DNA from: Spirochaetota bacterium
Lineage (GTDB): Bacteria; Spirochaetota; UBA6919; CBDBPB01
Length of the DNA: 64,000 nt
Assembly (NCBI GenBank): GCA_965208615.1
Contig: CBDBPB010000001.1
Coordinates: forward strand, 64,001 to 128,000
Direction of reading: 5' to 3'
The notes below the pieces were generated by a model. The model was not told the DNA's origin and did not search any database. It worked only from the letters and a program-made list of their open reading frames with translations. Shown here in pieces: positions 1 to 11,828 of this stretch (position 1 is the first letter of the stretch; every line of letters begins with the position of its first letter). Both the position numbers and the translations under genes were made by a program.

Positions 1-1459
1 TTCCGTCTTTAAGCTCATATATAAATTCACTTAGCATTGCAGTTTTAATAGCCTTATCTAACTTGTCATGGTCAATATCATCAGTAGGAACACCAAAGGC
101 AATGTTAGACGAAATAGTATCATCGTATAAATAAATATGTTGTGGTATATAGCCAATATTAGCCATCCAATTTTTAACTGTATCACTATTAAGCTCTTTG
201 CCATTAATAAAAATATTTTTTAAGTGATCAGGGAAAAGTCCTAGCATGATGTCAACAATAGTAGTCTTTCCAGCTCCAGACGTTCCAACAAAAGCATTAG
301 ACTTGTTTTTTTCTATTATAAGATTAATGTCTTTTAATACCAAGCTATCACATTTAGAATATTTAAAATTTAAACCTTTAAGCTCCAAGCTGTTAAAATC
401 TAACTTGTTACATTTACGTTCAGATAAACAAATATCATCTATGATTTTCTGGTCAAGATTTTTAAGAGCATCTAATGTTATATCAACAGAATAAATATAA
501 CTTTTTATAAGCTGAAAAGCCTTTGGTATTTCACTAGCCCTTGGCAAAAGCCTATATGCGGCAATAGCATAAAAACTTATTATAACAAAAATATCACTAA
601 AAGGCATAGCTATATAAACAAAATAAATAATTACAAGTATAAGCATAAGAATAGCGAAGAACTCTAGTATTAAATATGGAAGCTGATTAATAGTTTGTAC
701 TTTGGTAGTTATATCAGACATAACAGCAGAGCTATGCTTAAACGTTTTATAAAAGAAAAACTCCTTACCTAAAACCTTAATATCCTTTATACCATGAAAT
801 GCCTGTGATCCAATTCTATATAAACCAGTGCTATGCTTATTACTAAGATCACTATACCTATGTAATCTATTTTTTACAACATAATATAACAAAGGTATAA
901 ATACGCTAAAAAATATTAACAAAATCAATGTAATCTTTAGTTGAACAACCAATAACATTGTAAGCATAAAAATTATAACCGTAAAATTAGTAAAAGACAA
1001 AAAAAGAGGTACTATTACACTGAAAGCTAAAGTATTAACAAGTTCTAATATATTACGCAATAAATGAGAACTCTCTTCATTTATGAAAAAACTGTAGTTC
1101 TTGGATAAATAACTAGAAAACATATCTATAGAGAACTTATGTCTTAACCTTAAGCTATAGCTATAATATAAATAATAAGCAAACATTGAAAATACATTCT
1201 TTAAAAGAATAGCCAATATAACTAAAAACCCTAAAGAAATGATAAAACTACTAACAGAACTAAAACCTAATAACTCATAGGCAAAACTTAAATATTGATT
1301 AGACTTAATTAGGTCTACGTCATTTAAAATGCCTATAAAAGGTACTAAAAGACCAATACCAACTAACTCTAAACCTGCAAGCATAAAAGAGGATAGCACT
1401 AATATTATTATCTTTTTTTTACCTATCATCAATAAAATAAATATTAATTTTTTAATCAA
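1..1459 (-). CDS. ABC transporter permease/ATP-binding fusion (MsbA/PglK-like glycan or lipid exporter), 3' end outside the window
   Basis: Not in the ORF track because there is no stop in the window. Segments translated by hand at both ends share one frame: AGGAG then TTG at 1459, hydrophobic N-half (LAGLELVGIGLLVPFI), Walker A GTSGAGKT at about 262-285, Q-loop IGYIPQHIYLYDDTISSNIAFG. Confidence 0.88.
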   Translation of the reverse strand, partial: MIKKLIFILLMIGKKKIIILVLSSFMLAGLELVGIGLLVPFIGILNDVDLIKSNQYLSFAYELLGFSSVSSFIISLGFLVILAILLKNVFSMFAYYLYYSYSLRLRHKFSIDMFSSYLSKNYSFFINEESSHLLRNILELVNTLAFSVIVPLFLSFTNFTVIIFMLTMLLVVQLKITLILLIFFSVFIPLLYYVVKNRLHRYSDLSNKHSTGLYRIGSQAFHGIKDIKVLGKEFFFYKTFKHSSAVMSDITTKVQTINQLPYLILEFFAILMLILVIIYFVYIAMPFSDIFVIISFYAIAAYRLLPRASEIPKAFQLIKSYIYSVDITLDALKNLDQKIIDDICLSERKCNKLDFNSLELKGLNFKYSKCDSLVLKDINLIIEKNKSNAFVGTSGAGKTTIVDIMLGLFPDHLKNIFINGKELNSDTVKNWMANIGYIPQHIYLYDDTISSNIAFGVPTDDIDHDKLDKAIKTAMLSEFIYELKDG

Positions 1460-1958
1460 AGAGAACTCCTCTTTTTATCTAAGAGCTTATCTTAACAAAC
1501 ATAATAACCATAAGATATTTTTATTATAAATACTAGTAGACTTTTATTCAAAAACTGTTAATAAATATCCTAATAAAGATAATAAAAAGTGTTCTAACAG
1601 GCACTTTTTATAGGTTATTGGCTAACTTAAACTAATATTATGTTATTTAATGTCCTAATGATAAATTGTAGTTCCAAATATCTTATAACGTTGATCTATA
1701 ATAAGTTTAAGGAGTTAACCCGTTCTTTGTAGAATAGCTAATGATAAATTTATAAATATGTTTTTCTTATAAAGTTGATTTTAACAAACATTTTTAGTTA
1801 ACTATTTACATTATTCTAGATAGCTTTTTATTATATTTACACAGATTTATTAAAACTCTTAATATAAGAAATATTATTAAATAAATTGTTTGGTTTTCAT
1901 TTATATTATTTTTTTTGTTAAAGTTAAAAATCTTTAGTTATTGATTATAGGGGTGAAT

Positions 1959-3083
1959 ATGCTCAATAAAGATGCAACTAATAGAAATTTTATTCAAGTA
2001 AAAAAGAGAAAAGAAATAAACTATCTTATTGATAGATACCTAAATAAAAAGAAAGTCTTCATAAAAGGCATACCTAATACAAGTGCATCCTTTAGAATTG
2101 TAAACCCCTATGGAATAATAGAACTACAATTCAATGAGCCATATCAAAAAAATATTATTGGGCTATACGAAATAACAATTTATACCGTTTTAAAAAGGTA
2201 TATAGAGATTACACTACACCAGGTATCCAGTGATACTAATCAACATAAGGCAAAATATCAGTTTATTAAAGTTAACATAGCTAATCAGATACGTAATGAT
2301 AAGCGAATTAATGTTAAAGGGATTAGTGCATATAACTTTAAGCTGGATAAATACTCTATAAACCCTAATATGCTAAATCTTCCTATTGCTGTACAACTAT
2401 CTTTTGATAAATATAAAAACCTAATTATAAAAGAGTTTGAAAACTCTAGTGTTGAGATCTTTGATGGAATACCAGACAATAAGCTTTTATTGGCAGTAAA
2501 AAAACTTCAAAAAAGTTTTTATGTTAAAAATATGCCTATGGAAGAAGCTGAAACAGGAATATTACCAGATTATAAAAGCCTTATGAAGTCAGGTTTTAAA
2601 ACTGAGATGGATAATCTAAGAAGTCAGGGTATTAGGTCTATATTAATTCATCCTATTATTTATACCAATTTAAAAAATGAAAAAACTACACTAGGTTATT
2701 TCAAGATTCACTCTTTTTCTAAGCCAATAGATGAGGATACTATAGCCAAATTAAACTACTACGCCGATGCTATTAATAACGATATTAAGGAAACTACCTA
2801 TCAAACTATCAAAACTCATCTAAAAATAGCAAATATATCAAAAAGGGGATTACAAATTATAATAAATCACCAAAGTACTGTTGATATGTTCTTAATCGAC
2901 TCTAAAAACGTTATTTTTAATATTAAATTAAATAATGATTATCCTACACTTACTCTTACAGCAAAGATAATTAACATATCCTTGGATAAAGACTATATTT
3001 ATAAATTAGGAATACATCTTCATGATAAGTCTAAGGATATAAAGTTATGGGATAAATATATATACTCTTTAACTAAAAGTTAA
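1959..3083 (+). CDS. DUF1577-like / PilZ-domain protein (putative c-di-GMP receptor)
   Basis: RxxxR (RNDKR) and NxSxxG (NISKRG) motifs, with a GAF-like middle region (SILIHPIIY...LGYF). ATG at 1959 follows GGGGTG; the track uses TTG at 1941. Confidence 0.6.
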   Translation: MLNKDATNRNFIQVKKRKEINYLIDRYLNKKKVFIKGIPNTSASFRIVNPYGIIELQFNEPYQKNIIGLYEITIYTVLKRYIEITLHQVSSDTNQHKAKYQFIKVNIANQIRNDKRINVKGISAYNFKLDKYSINPNMLNLPIAVQLSFDKYKNLIIKEFENSSVEIFDGIPDNKLLLAVKKLQKSFYVKNMPMEEAETGILPDYKSLMKSGFKTEMDNLRSQGIRSILIHPIIYTNLKNEKTTLGYFKIHSFSKPIDEDTIAKLNYYADAINNDIKETTYQTIKTHLKIANISKRGLQIIINHQSTVDMFLIDSKNVIFNIKLNNDYPTLTLTAKIINISLDKDYIYKLGIHLHDKSKDIKLWDKYIYSLTKS

Positions 3084-3122
3084 TTCAAAACCAGCTACTA
3101 AAACATTCACTAAGGAAAGAAT

Positions 3123-4112
3123 ATGATAAAAAATAAAAAAAAGGCTGTTGCTCTATTATCTGGCGGACTTGATAGTACAATAGCTACCAAATTAATAAAA
3201 GATATGGGCATTGATATTGTAGCATTAAACTTCCATACTGTATTTTGTACTTGTAATAGAGATGGGTGTAAGTTTGAGTCTAAAAAAGTAAGCAAACAAT
3301 TTAATATACCATTAAAAGTTATGAGTGTTACTAAGGATTATATGAAAGTTATTCGTAACCCTAAGTTTGGATACGGATCCGCTATGAACCCTTGTATAGA
3401 CTGTAGAATATTTATGTTTAAGAAGGCTAAAGATTATATGAATGAAATTGAAGCTTCTTTTATTATTACTGGTGAAGTTTTAGGACAACGTCCTATGTCT
3501 CAAGGAAAGAGCAAGATGGCTTTAATTGAAAAAGAAGCTGGACTAAACGGATTAATACTTAGACCTCTAACTAGCTTTAATGATAAGCTCTATGATAACA
3601 TAAAAAGCTCCATCAACTTTAACGATTTACCTAATATAACCGGACGCTCTAGAAAAAAACAGATTGATCTTGCAGAAAAGCATAAAATAGATAATTATTT
3701 ATGTGCAAGTGGAGGATGTCTACTAACAGATAAAGATTTTACTATAAGGTTAAAAGACTATTTTGAACATAATGACGAAGATGATATTAATCAAATAAAG
3801 CTACTTAGAATAGGAAGGCATTTTAGACTAAATAAAAAGATTAAGTTAGTTGTTCCAAGGGATGAAAAAGAAGTTAACAAGCTTAATTTTTATAAGCATG
3901 TGGGTATTTATTTAACACCTAATATTAAGGGGCCTACGGGGTTGGTCTTGGGTGAGGATATAAATATTGATAACATAAAGTTAGCTGCTAGGATAATTAG
4001 TCGTTATTGTTATAAGCCTGAGGTTTACTTTGAGCCTGATAAACTTTTTAAACCATTTACTGTTAAGGCATTTAAACCTGAAGACCTTACTCCGTATTGG
4101 ATAAAGCGATAA
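3123..4112 (+). CDS. PP-loop tRNA thiolase of the ThiI/MnmA-like family
   Basis: SGGLDS PP-loop, NPCIDCR, TGEVLGQRPMSQ and GGCLLT motifs. Confidence 0.8.
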   Translation: MIKNKKKAVALLSGGLDSTIATKLIKDMGIDIVALNFHTVFCTCNRDGCKFESKKVSKQFNIPLKVMSVTKDYMKVIRNPKFGYGSAMNPCIDCRIFMFKKAKDYMNEIEASFIITGEVLGQRPMSQGKSKMALIEKEAGLNGLILRPLTSFNDKLYDNIKSSINFNDLPNITGRSRKKQIDLAEKHKIDNYLCASGGCLLTDKDFTIRLKDYFEHNDEDDINQIKLLRIGRHFRLNKKIKLVVPRDEKEVNKLNFYKHVGIYLTPNIKGPTGLVLGEDINIDNIKLAARIISRYCYKPEVYFEPDKLFKPFTVKAFKPEDLTPYWIKR

Positions 4113-4222
4113 TACTATTAAATAATTTGACTTAGTCTAATTTTTGTATATCTTTATCATCTTAGAACAATAATGTGATTTTACTATATGAGTTTTAGAT
4201 ATTTTTTAGGGAGCATAGTTTA

Positions 4223-5502
<1,280 letters not shown>

Positions 5503-5503
5503 C

Positions 5504-6706
5504 ATGGTTGAACTACTTGCTCCTGCTGGGAATATGGATAAGCTGTTTGTGGCTTTATCATACGGCGCCGATGCAGTATACTTATCAGGACAGTATTTTG
5601 GCTTACGGTCTGCCGCTGATAACTTTTCCATAGGGGATATAGAGCGTGCTGTTAAGTATGCCCATAAGCTTAAAAAAAGGGTATATCTTACTGTTAACGC
5701 TTTTCCTAATAACATTGAGATCGACTATATTGCTAAATATCTTAGTTTAATTAAGGATATCGACTTGGATGCCTTAATCATAGCTGATTTTGGTGTTTTT
5801 ACTTTGGCTAAGGAACTCACACCTTTTAATATTCACATATCCACTCAGACTTCGGTTACTAATTCAGAGGAGCTTAAATTTTGGTATAGACAAGGGGTTA
5901 AGCGTGTTGTATTAGCTAGAGAACTCTCTATTCATGAGGCATATAACATAAAAAATCACCTTGATATTGAGTTGGAGATGTTTATTCACGGTTCTATGTG
6001 TATGTCATACTCTGGTAAGTGTACTATTTCTAATTACACTGCTAATAGGGATGCAAATAGGGGAGGCTGTGTAAACTCGTGTAGGTGGAAATACTCTATA
6101 GCCGATAAACTTGGGCAGGAGCCTTTTGATCATAGTTATATTATGAGTTCTAAGGATCTATGTACAATCGATGAAATAGCCAGCATGATAAACTGTGGTA
6201 TTCATTCTCTAAAGATAGAAGGCAGGATGAAAGGACATTTATATTTAGCTAATTCTGTTAGTATATACAGAGAGGCTATTGATCAATTTATTGAAAATGG
6301 AGTTATAAGCCAAAAAGAATCCTGGGTTGACAGGTTTAACTTTTTACACAACAGAGGTTATACTAATGGATTTTCATACAACAGGGCTGGTAGGAGTTCT
6401 ATATTCAGCAAAAAGCATACTGAGAGCAGTAATAATCGGTTTAACTATATTGGAACTGTAAAAGCTATAACTCAGAAGTTTATTATTATACAGGTAAAAA
6501 ATCGTTTTTTTATTGGTGATGTTTTAGGTTTTCTAACTTTTAACGGCATTGAGGTTATTTATAAGGTGGATAATATAATAAGTATAGCTGGAGACAATAT
6601 TAATGAGGCTAAGGCAAATAATATAGTATACCTAATGAAGATTAAGGATATAGAGCCATATAACATAGCTTATTTAAAATTAGGTATGACTAATAAAAAT
6701 AATTAA
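5504..6706 (+). CDS. Peptidase U32 family protein (TrhP/YegQ-like tRNA hydroxylation)
   Basis: ELLAPAG, HISTQ, HGSMCMSYSGKC..NRGGCVNSC Fe-S cysteines, SLKIEGRMK. Confidence 0.88.
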   Translation: MVELLAPAGNMDKLFVALSYGADAVYLSGQYFGLRSAADNFSIGDIERAVKYAHKLKKRVYLTVNAFPNNIEIDYIAKYLSLIKDIDLDALIIADFGVFTLAKELTPFNIHISTQTSVTNSEELKFWYRQGVKRVVLARELSIHEAYNIKNHLDIELEMFIHGSMCMSYSGKCTISNYTANRDANRGGCVNSCRWKYSIADKLGQEPFDHSYIMSSKDLCTIDEIASMINCGIHSLKIEGRMKGHLYLANSVSIYREAIDQFIENGVISQKESWVDRFNFLHNRGYTNGFSYNRAGRSSIFSKKHTESSNNRFNYIGTVKAITQKFIIIQVKNRFFIGDVLGFLTFNGIEVIYKVDNIISIAGDNINEAKANNIVYLMKIKDIEPYNIAYLKLGMTNKNN

Positions 6707-6785
6707 TATATTTTATTTATTATTTTAAAGAGTTTGATAAAAAAAAAGATATTTATTCCATATTCAAGTGTTTAGTTAGTTAAAC

Positions 6786-6818
6786 CATCTAATAAACAAT
6801 TTGTTAGATGCTTTTTTT
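6786..6818 (+). terminator. Putative intrinsic terminator after the U32 gene
   Basis: catctaataaa-caa-tttgttagatg stem followed by c and T7. Confidence 0.5.
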
Positions 6819-6840
6819 AATTTATCTCTCCTTAGTTATA

Positions 6841-6870
6841 AAAGGGGCTGGTTATATACCAGCCCTTTTT
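6841..6870. terminator. Strong, possibly bidirectional intrinsic terminator
   Basis: gggctggt-tatat-accagccc stem flanked by A and T runs. Confidence 0.7.
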
Positions 6871-6983
6871 GTTTTAAAGTCAAAAGATTTTAAATAGTCC
6901 GCCTATAGATTAGTAATTTTAAGTATAATAGGTTTATATATGTGTTAGAATATATAGCCGTCCTTTTTTATAAAGGAGATGTT

Positions 6984-9179
6984 ATGAAAAAGCTATTGTA
7001 TATCACATCTGTTATTTTATTGCTTTTTATATTTAGTCACAGCTGTACTAAAAAGCATATCAAACCACCTATAGAACATATTAGTAGTGCTAAGCTTGTA
7101 TTAAATCTTACTAATAAAGGATATTATATCACCACTAAGGAGGGCAAGGTAATTACTGAAAAAAAAGATAGGGTAATAAACTTATGGGACATTGACAACC
7201 GCAGTATAAAACCTATTAAAATTAGAGGTAACTATATTTATGATGCTTCATTTTCTCCTAATGGAAAGAAAATCATTATAGCAAGGAGCGATGGAAAGAT
7301 AACTTTATGGAATATAAAAGATTGTAATAAGTTTTATAATTTTGAAGGACATACAGGTAATGTTTTTAAAGCCATTTTTTTACGAAATAGTAAAAAGGCT
7401 ATTTCTGGCGGCGATGACGGCAGTATCAGAGTATGGGATACACTAAACCATAGACTAATAAAAACATTAAAGGGTCATTCATTTTTTATAAACTCTTTAT
7501 CATCCTCTCCAAAAAGTCATTATGCTGTATCAGGTGGTGCAGACAAGATCATCAGGCTATGGGATTTAAAAAAAGAAAAAGAAATTGCAAAACTAAAAAA
7601 GCATACTGGTACTATACTTAGTTTAGCTTTTTCTCCTGATGGAAATAGTATTATATCAGGGGGGAGTGATGGAAAGATAAATCTTTGGAGTATTAAAAAA
7701 AGACGTTTAATAAAAACTTTTAATGGTCATAATGGTTCTGTATTTGCGGTTTCCTTCATGCCAAAACATAATAGTATTATATCTGGCAGTGATGACGGAG
7801 ATATAAAAATATGGAATATAAATAATACTAAAACATTAAAAACTTTTAAAAGTAATTCTATGGTAAGAAGTGTATCTCCATCTAAGATTAGCAACAAGTT
7901 TTTATCAGCAGGAGGAGATAACCTTGTAAGGCTATGGAATACAAGTGGTTATCTTCCTAGTAAATCTATTAAGAGTAAAAAAGGGAATATTTATTCAGTA
8001 GCTATAACTCCCAAAGGTAATAAGGGAATATCGGGGAGCGAGGATGGTGAACTAAAAATATGGGACTTAAATAATGGAAATATTATTAAAACATTTAAGG
8101 CTCACTCAGGTTCTATATTTAGTGTAGCCTTATCTCCCGATGGAAAAACTGCATTGACTGGTGGAAGTGATAGTTTGGTTAAGCTTTGGGATCTAAAAAA
8201 CTATAAGCTTGTTAAAACTTTTAAAGGACATACTGGTATTGTTTATAGTACTACTTTTTCTCCCGATGGAAAAACTGCTCTAACTGGAAGCTTTGATAAA
8301 ACTATAAAACTATGGGATTTAAATAATAAGAAATTAATAAGAACTTTTAAAGGCCATACTTATAGGGTATCCAGTGTTACTTTTTCTCCAGACGGAAAAA
8401 CAGCTCTATCTGGCAGTGAGTCTATTATACTCTGGGATGTATCTACTGGTAGTATTATAAGAAAGTTTAAAGGGTATTTTTATTTTTATCCCATTTCTAC
8501 TGTAGCCTTTTCTCCCGATGGTAAAACTGCAGTATCTGGCGGAGCAGATAAAAATATTAGACTTTGGAATGTTAAGACTGGTAGTACTATTAAAATATTT
8601 AGAGGTCATTCCAGCGATATTAGTAGTGTAATATTCACTTCTGATGGGACTAAGATTATATCCGGCAGTAGGGATAAAACTATAAAGCTCTGGAATATTA
8701 AAACTGGAAAGCTCATTAAAACTCTAAAGGGCCATGATGCTCATGTACACAGTATTGCAGCCACTCCTGATGGTAAGAAGTTTATATCAGGAAGTTCCGA
8801 TAAGAAAATTAACATTTGGAATTTAGAAAAAATGAAAAAGAGTATAAGGCTTTTTAAAGGTCATACTTCTTTAGTTTTTAATGCTTTATTTTCTCCCAAT
8901 GAGAAGTTTATTATATCCTCCAGCATGGACGGAACCATAAAACTATGGAATCTTAAGACTAACTTTGTAACTACACTATATCATATTAGGTGGATAGAAC
9001 AAAAAAAGAGATATTCCGAGTGGATAATAGTATCCTCAGATGGATATTGGACTTCTTCAAAATGTAAAAACACTCAGATTAGTAAAATCAATGATAATAG
9101 GCTAAAGCACAGAAAAAAGACAATGTCTATTAAGGATAACCGTTCAGATATTATATTAAGACGTATAAATAAAAACTAA
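6984..9179 (+). CDS. WD40-repeat lipoprotein (about 15 repeats, probably a double beta-propeller)
   Basis: Repeated GH...FSPDG...SGS.D..IKLW[DN] units. AAGGAG then ATG at 6984; signal peptide ending SHSC. Confidence 0.9.
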   Translation: MKKLLYITSVILLLFIFSHSCTKKHIKPPIEHISSAKLVLNLTNKGYYITTKEGKVITEKKDRVINLWDIDNRSIKPIKIRGNYIYDASFSPNGKKIIIARSDGKITLWNIKDCNKFYNFEGHTGNVFKAIFLRNSKKAISGGDDGSIRVWDTLNHRLIKTLKGHSFFINSLSSSPKSHYAVSGGADKIIRLWDLKKEKEIAKLKKHTGTILSLAFSPDGNSIISGGSDGKINLWSIKKRRLIKTFNGHNGSVFAVSFMPKHNSIISGSDDGDIKIWNINNTKTLKTFKSNSMVRSVSPSKISNKFLSAGGDNLVRLWNTSGYLPSKSIKSKKGNIYSVAITPKGNKGISGSEDGELKIWDLNNGNIIKTFKAHSGSIFSVALSPDGKTALTGGSDSLVKLWDLKNYKLVKTFKGHTGIVYSTTFSPDGKTALTGSFDKTIKLWDLNNKKLIRTFKGHTYRVSSVTFSPDGKTALSGSESIILWDVSTGSIIRKFKGYFYFYPISTVAFSPDGKTAVSGGADKNIRLWNVKTGSTIKIFRGHSSDISSVIFTSDGTKIISGSRDKTIKLWNIKTGKLIKTLKGHDAHVHSIAATPDGKKFISGSSDKKINIWNLEKMKKSIRLFKGHTSLVFNALFSPNEKFIISSSMDGTIKLWNLKTNFVTTLYHIRWIEQKKRYSEWIIVSSDGYWTSSKCKNTQISKINDNRLKHRKKTMSIKDNRSDIILRRINKN

Positions 9180-9298
9180 AAAATCTAATTACCTTTTTAT
9201 AATAAGGTTAAATAACTTGTATATAACTTCTTTTGTACTTGCTTCTTTCCTTTATTTTAACTATATTTCATACTTATAATCTTTGCTAGGGGAACATA

Positions 9299-10579
9299 AT
9301 GATAAATATTATACCTTTTAGGGGTATTAGGTATAACAAAAATAAGGTAAAAGACTTAAATCTTGTTATAACTGCTCCTTATGATAAAATTGATAAAAAA
9401 TTACAAGATGAATATTACAATAGAAGTGAATATAATTTTGTACGCCTCGACCTAAATAAAAGTGAAGATAGATATGATAGTTCTAAACGCTACTTCCATA
9501 GCTGGATAAAGGATGAGATCTTAGTTCGCGAGGATAAACCCTGTATTTATTATTATACTCAAGAATATGAGTTTGAAGGCTTTTCTAAAGTTAGAAAAGG
9601 CTTTATCGCACTACTAAAAGTCGATGAACTGGAAAATGGTAATGTATTACCTCATGAACAAACACTTTCTGGCCCTAAAAAAGATAGACTCGATTTGTTA
9701 ACGGCTACTGAGGCTACTTTCGGACAAATATTCATGCTATACAGTGATAAACAAAACTTAATAATGAAAAGCATATCCAAAATAGACAAAAATACTCCCA
9801 TAATTCTTGTAAAGGATGATGACAACAATATCCATACAGTTTGGAAAATCGACGACCCTAACTTGATTAAAAATATACAAAATGAAATGGCTAATAAAAA
9901 AGTATACATTGCTGATGGCCATCATAGATATGAAACCTCAATAAATTATAGAAATATTAGAAAGAATCACTCTAGTAATTATACAGGTGAAGAGCTTTTT
10001 AACTATACTATGTGTACTTTTATTAATATGGATGATACATCTGGAATGTCTATTTTACCTACCCATCGCTTTATAAAAGGATTAAAGAACTTTAATCTGA
10101 ATGACTTTTTGGATAACTTAAAAAAAGTTTTTACTATATCTAAACATAATAACAAAAATGACTTATACAAAACATTAAAAAACTCAATACATTCTTTCGG
10201 ATTAATAACCTGTAAAGCTAAAGAATTATATACAATTAACCTTAGAAAAGATATTAATATAGACGACCTATTTACTAAGAATTATACAAAAAATATGAAG
10301 TCATTGGATATTACTATTCTCCATAGTCTAGTTCTTGAGAATATGTTGGGCATTGATGAAGATAAACTTAGAAAAAAACTAAACGTTGACTATTTTAGGG
10401 ATAAAGAAAAAGCATTTAATTTAATTTCTTTGGGTAATTATGATCTTGGCTTTTTAGTTAATCCCATTAACATTGATCAAGTTAAGAATATAACAGAAAG
10501 TGGAGAAAAGATGCCGCAAAAGTCTACTGATTTTTATCCAAAACTACTTTCTGGACTAGTTGTTAATTATTTATCTTAG
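9299..10579 (+). CDS. DUF1015 family protein
   Basis: PFRG..Y, APYD, LPHEQT, IADGHHRY, PTHR and MPQKSTDFYPK motifs. Confidence 0.88.
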   Translation: MINIIPFRGIRYNKNKVKDLNLVITAPYDKIDKKLQDEYYNRSEYNFVRLDLNKSEDRYDSSKRYFHSWIKDEILVREDKPCIYYYTQEYEFEGFSKVRKGFIALLKVDELENGNVLPHEQTLSGPKKDRLDLLTATEATFGQIFMLYSDKQNLIMKSISKIDKNTPIILVKDDDNNIHTVWKIDDPNLIKNIQNEMANKKVYIADGHHRYETSINYRNIRKNHSSNYTGEELFNYTMCTFINMDDTSGMSILPTHRFIKGLKNFNLNDFLDNLKKVFTISKHNNKNDLYKTLKNSIHSFGLITCKAKELYTINLRKDINIDDLFTKNYTKNMKSLDITILHSLVLENMLGIDEDKLRKKLNVDYFRDKEKAFNLISLGNYDLGFLVNPINIDQVKNITESGEKMPQKSTDFYPKLLSGLVVNYLS

Positions 10580-10619
10580 TATATAATAGTTTGCTGTAAT
10601 AAAACTATTATATATAATG

Positions 10620-11114
10620 TTAGCTTCGTTTTAGAGTAGTAGGACTAATCTGTTTAGCCATCTCATCAAAAGTTATATATGATATCTCTTTAGCCTCTAC
10701 TTTAATCAAAGTAAACTGATCCCTGTTTTCCTTATCCTTTGGGATATTGCCTATATAAGGAGACTTTTCACCTATAATCTCATATCCTAATAAGGTATTC
10801 TCATCATCAAAGCCGTCTAATAACTGGGCTATACCTTTTACACAAAGCTGACATATATTAGAAAGCTCATCTTCTTCTTTGTATATTAGAATAGATACTT
10901 TTGGATTCTCACTAATAGGCTTAAATATCTCTTTATTATTTTGACTAGATAAATAAAACTCCCCATCTACATTATGAGAGAATATCATTAATTGACTTTC
11001 TAATCCATCTTTATAAGGAAAGGTTAAAACTCCAAAGAAAGCTTTTCTAAGAAACTGATCTATTTCGATTTTTGTATGTATCATCATATTACAATATCGA
11101 CTAAGATAACTCAA
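10620..11114 (-). CDS. Pyridoxamine 5'-phosphate oxidase-like split-barrel FMN-binding protein (start uncertain)
   Basis: FGVLTF, FYLSS..K, ENPKVSILI and VKGIA pattern. Confidence 0.6.
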   Translation of the reverse strand: MSYLSRYCNMMIHTKIEIDQFLRKAFFGVLTFPYKDGLESQLMIFSHNVDGEFYLSSQNNKEIFKPISENPKVSILIYKEEDELSNICQLCVKGIAQLLDGFDDENTLLGYEIIGEKSPYIGNIPKDKENRDQFTLIKVEAKEISYITFDEMAKQISPTTLKRS

Positions 11115-11219
11115 TATTAAGTCAAAAATATTAGTTTATAGCCAGGTTTTTATATCTATACCTCTAAAATATAGCCTTTAACTCTTTGATAATAAAAGAC
11201 TAAGAATTAAAATAATAGA

Positions 11220-11579
11220 CTAAATAGATATAGCATTTTTAGCCTTTTCAACTATTAATTTAAAGGTGCCTTTATCTTCAATTGCCATATTAGATAACAC
11301 CTTACGATTTAGTTCTATACCAGCTTTATTTAGTCCATATATGAACTTGCCATAACTAATACCATATTCTCTAACAGCGGCATTAATCCTAACTATCCAT
11401 AATCTTCTAAAATCTCTTTTTTTTCTACGTCTATCTTTATAGGCAGAATATAAAGACCTCATAACGGCTTCTTTTGCTGTATGATAGTTCTTACTTCTTC
11501 TACCTCTAAAGCCTTTTGCTAATTTTAGTACTTTTTTTACTCTTTTGTGATGGACAACTCCATTCTTTACTCTAGGCAT
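11220..11579 (-). CDS. rplT: 50S ribosomal protein L20
   Basis: [35 protein letters not shown]. Confidence 0.98.
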   Translation of the reverse strand: MPRVKNGVVHHKRVKKVLKLAKGFRGRRSKNYHTAKEAVMRSLYSAYKDRRRKKRDFRRLWIVRINAAVREYGISYGKFIYGLNKAGIELNRKVLSNMAIEDKGTFKLIVEKAKNAISI

Positions 11580-11593
11580 AATTTTCCTCTTAA

Positions 11594-11794
11594 CTAAGCG
11601 TATGGTATCATTTTTTTAATATTCTTACTATTAGCAGGACTAACCACTACACTTTGTCTATATTTTCTTTTTCTCTCTTGGGATTTCTTTGTTAATATAT
11701 GATTTGCAAAAGCTTTATTTCTTTTAATTTTTCCATTTTTAGTCAACTTAAATCTTTTTTGTGCAGATTTTTTTGTTTTAATCTTTACCTTCAT
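11594..11794 (-). CDS. rpmI: 50S ribosomal protein L35
   Basis: [22 protein letters not shown]; lies between infC and rplT. Confidence 0.97.
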   Translation of the reverse strand: MKVKIKTKKSAQKRFKLTKNGKIKRNKAFANHILTKKSQERKRKYRQSVVVSPANSKNIKKMIPYA

Positions 11795-11828
11795 TACAAA
11801 CTCCCTAACTAACCTTTATTTATATACA

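Noticed and set aside
246-1529. Short plus-strand ORFs 246-494 and 1329-1529, and the other 60-150 aa ORFs overlapping long genes
   Set aside because: They are antisense or alternate-frame shadows of well-supported genes
1582-1750. Hairpin taaaaagtg...cacttttta and a twice-repeated 13-mer ctaatgataaatt (1655, 1738) as Fur-like boxes
   Set aside because: Very AT-rich context and not a palindromic 19-bp box; cannot be distinguished from chance by eye
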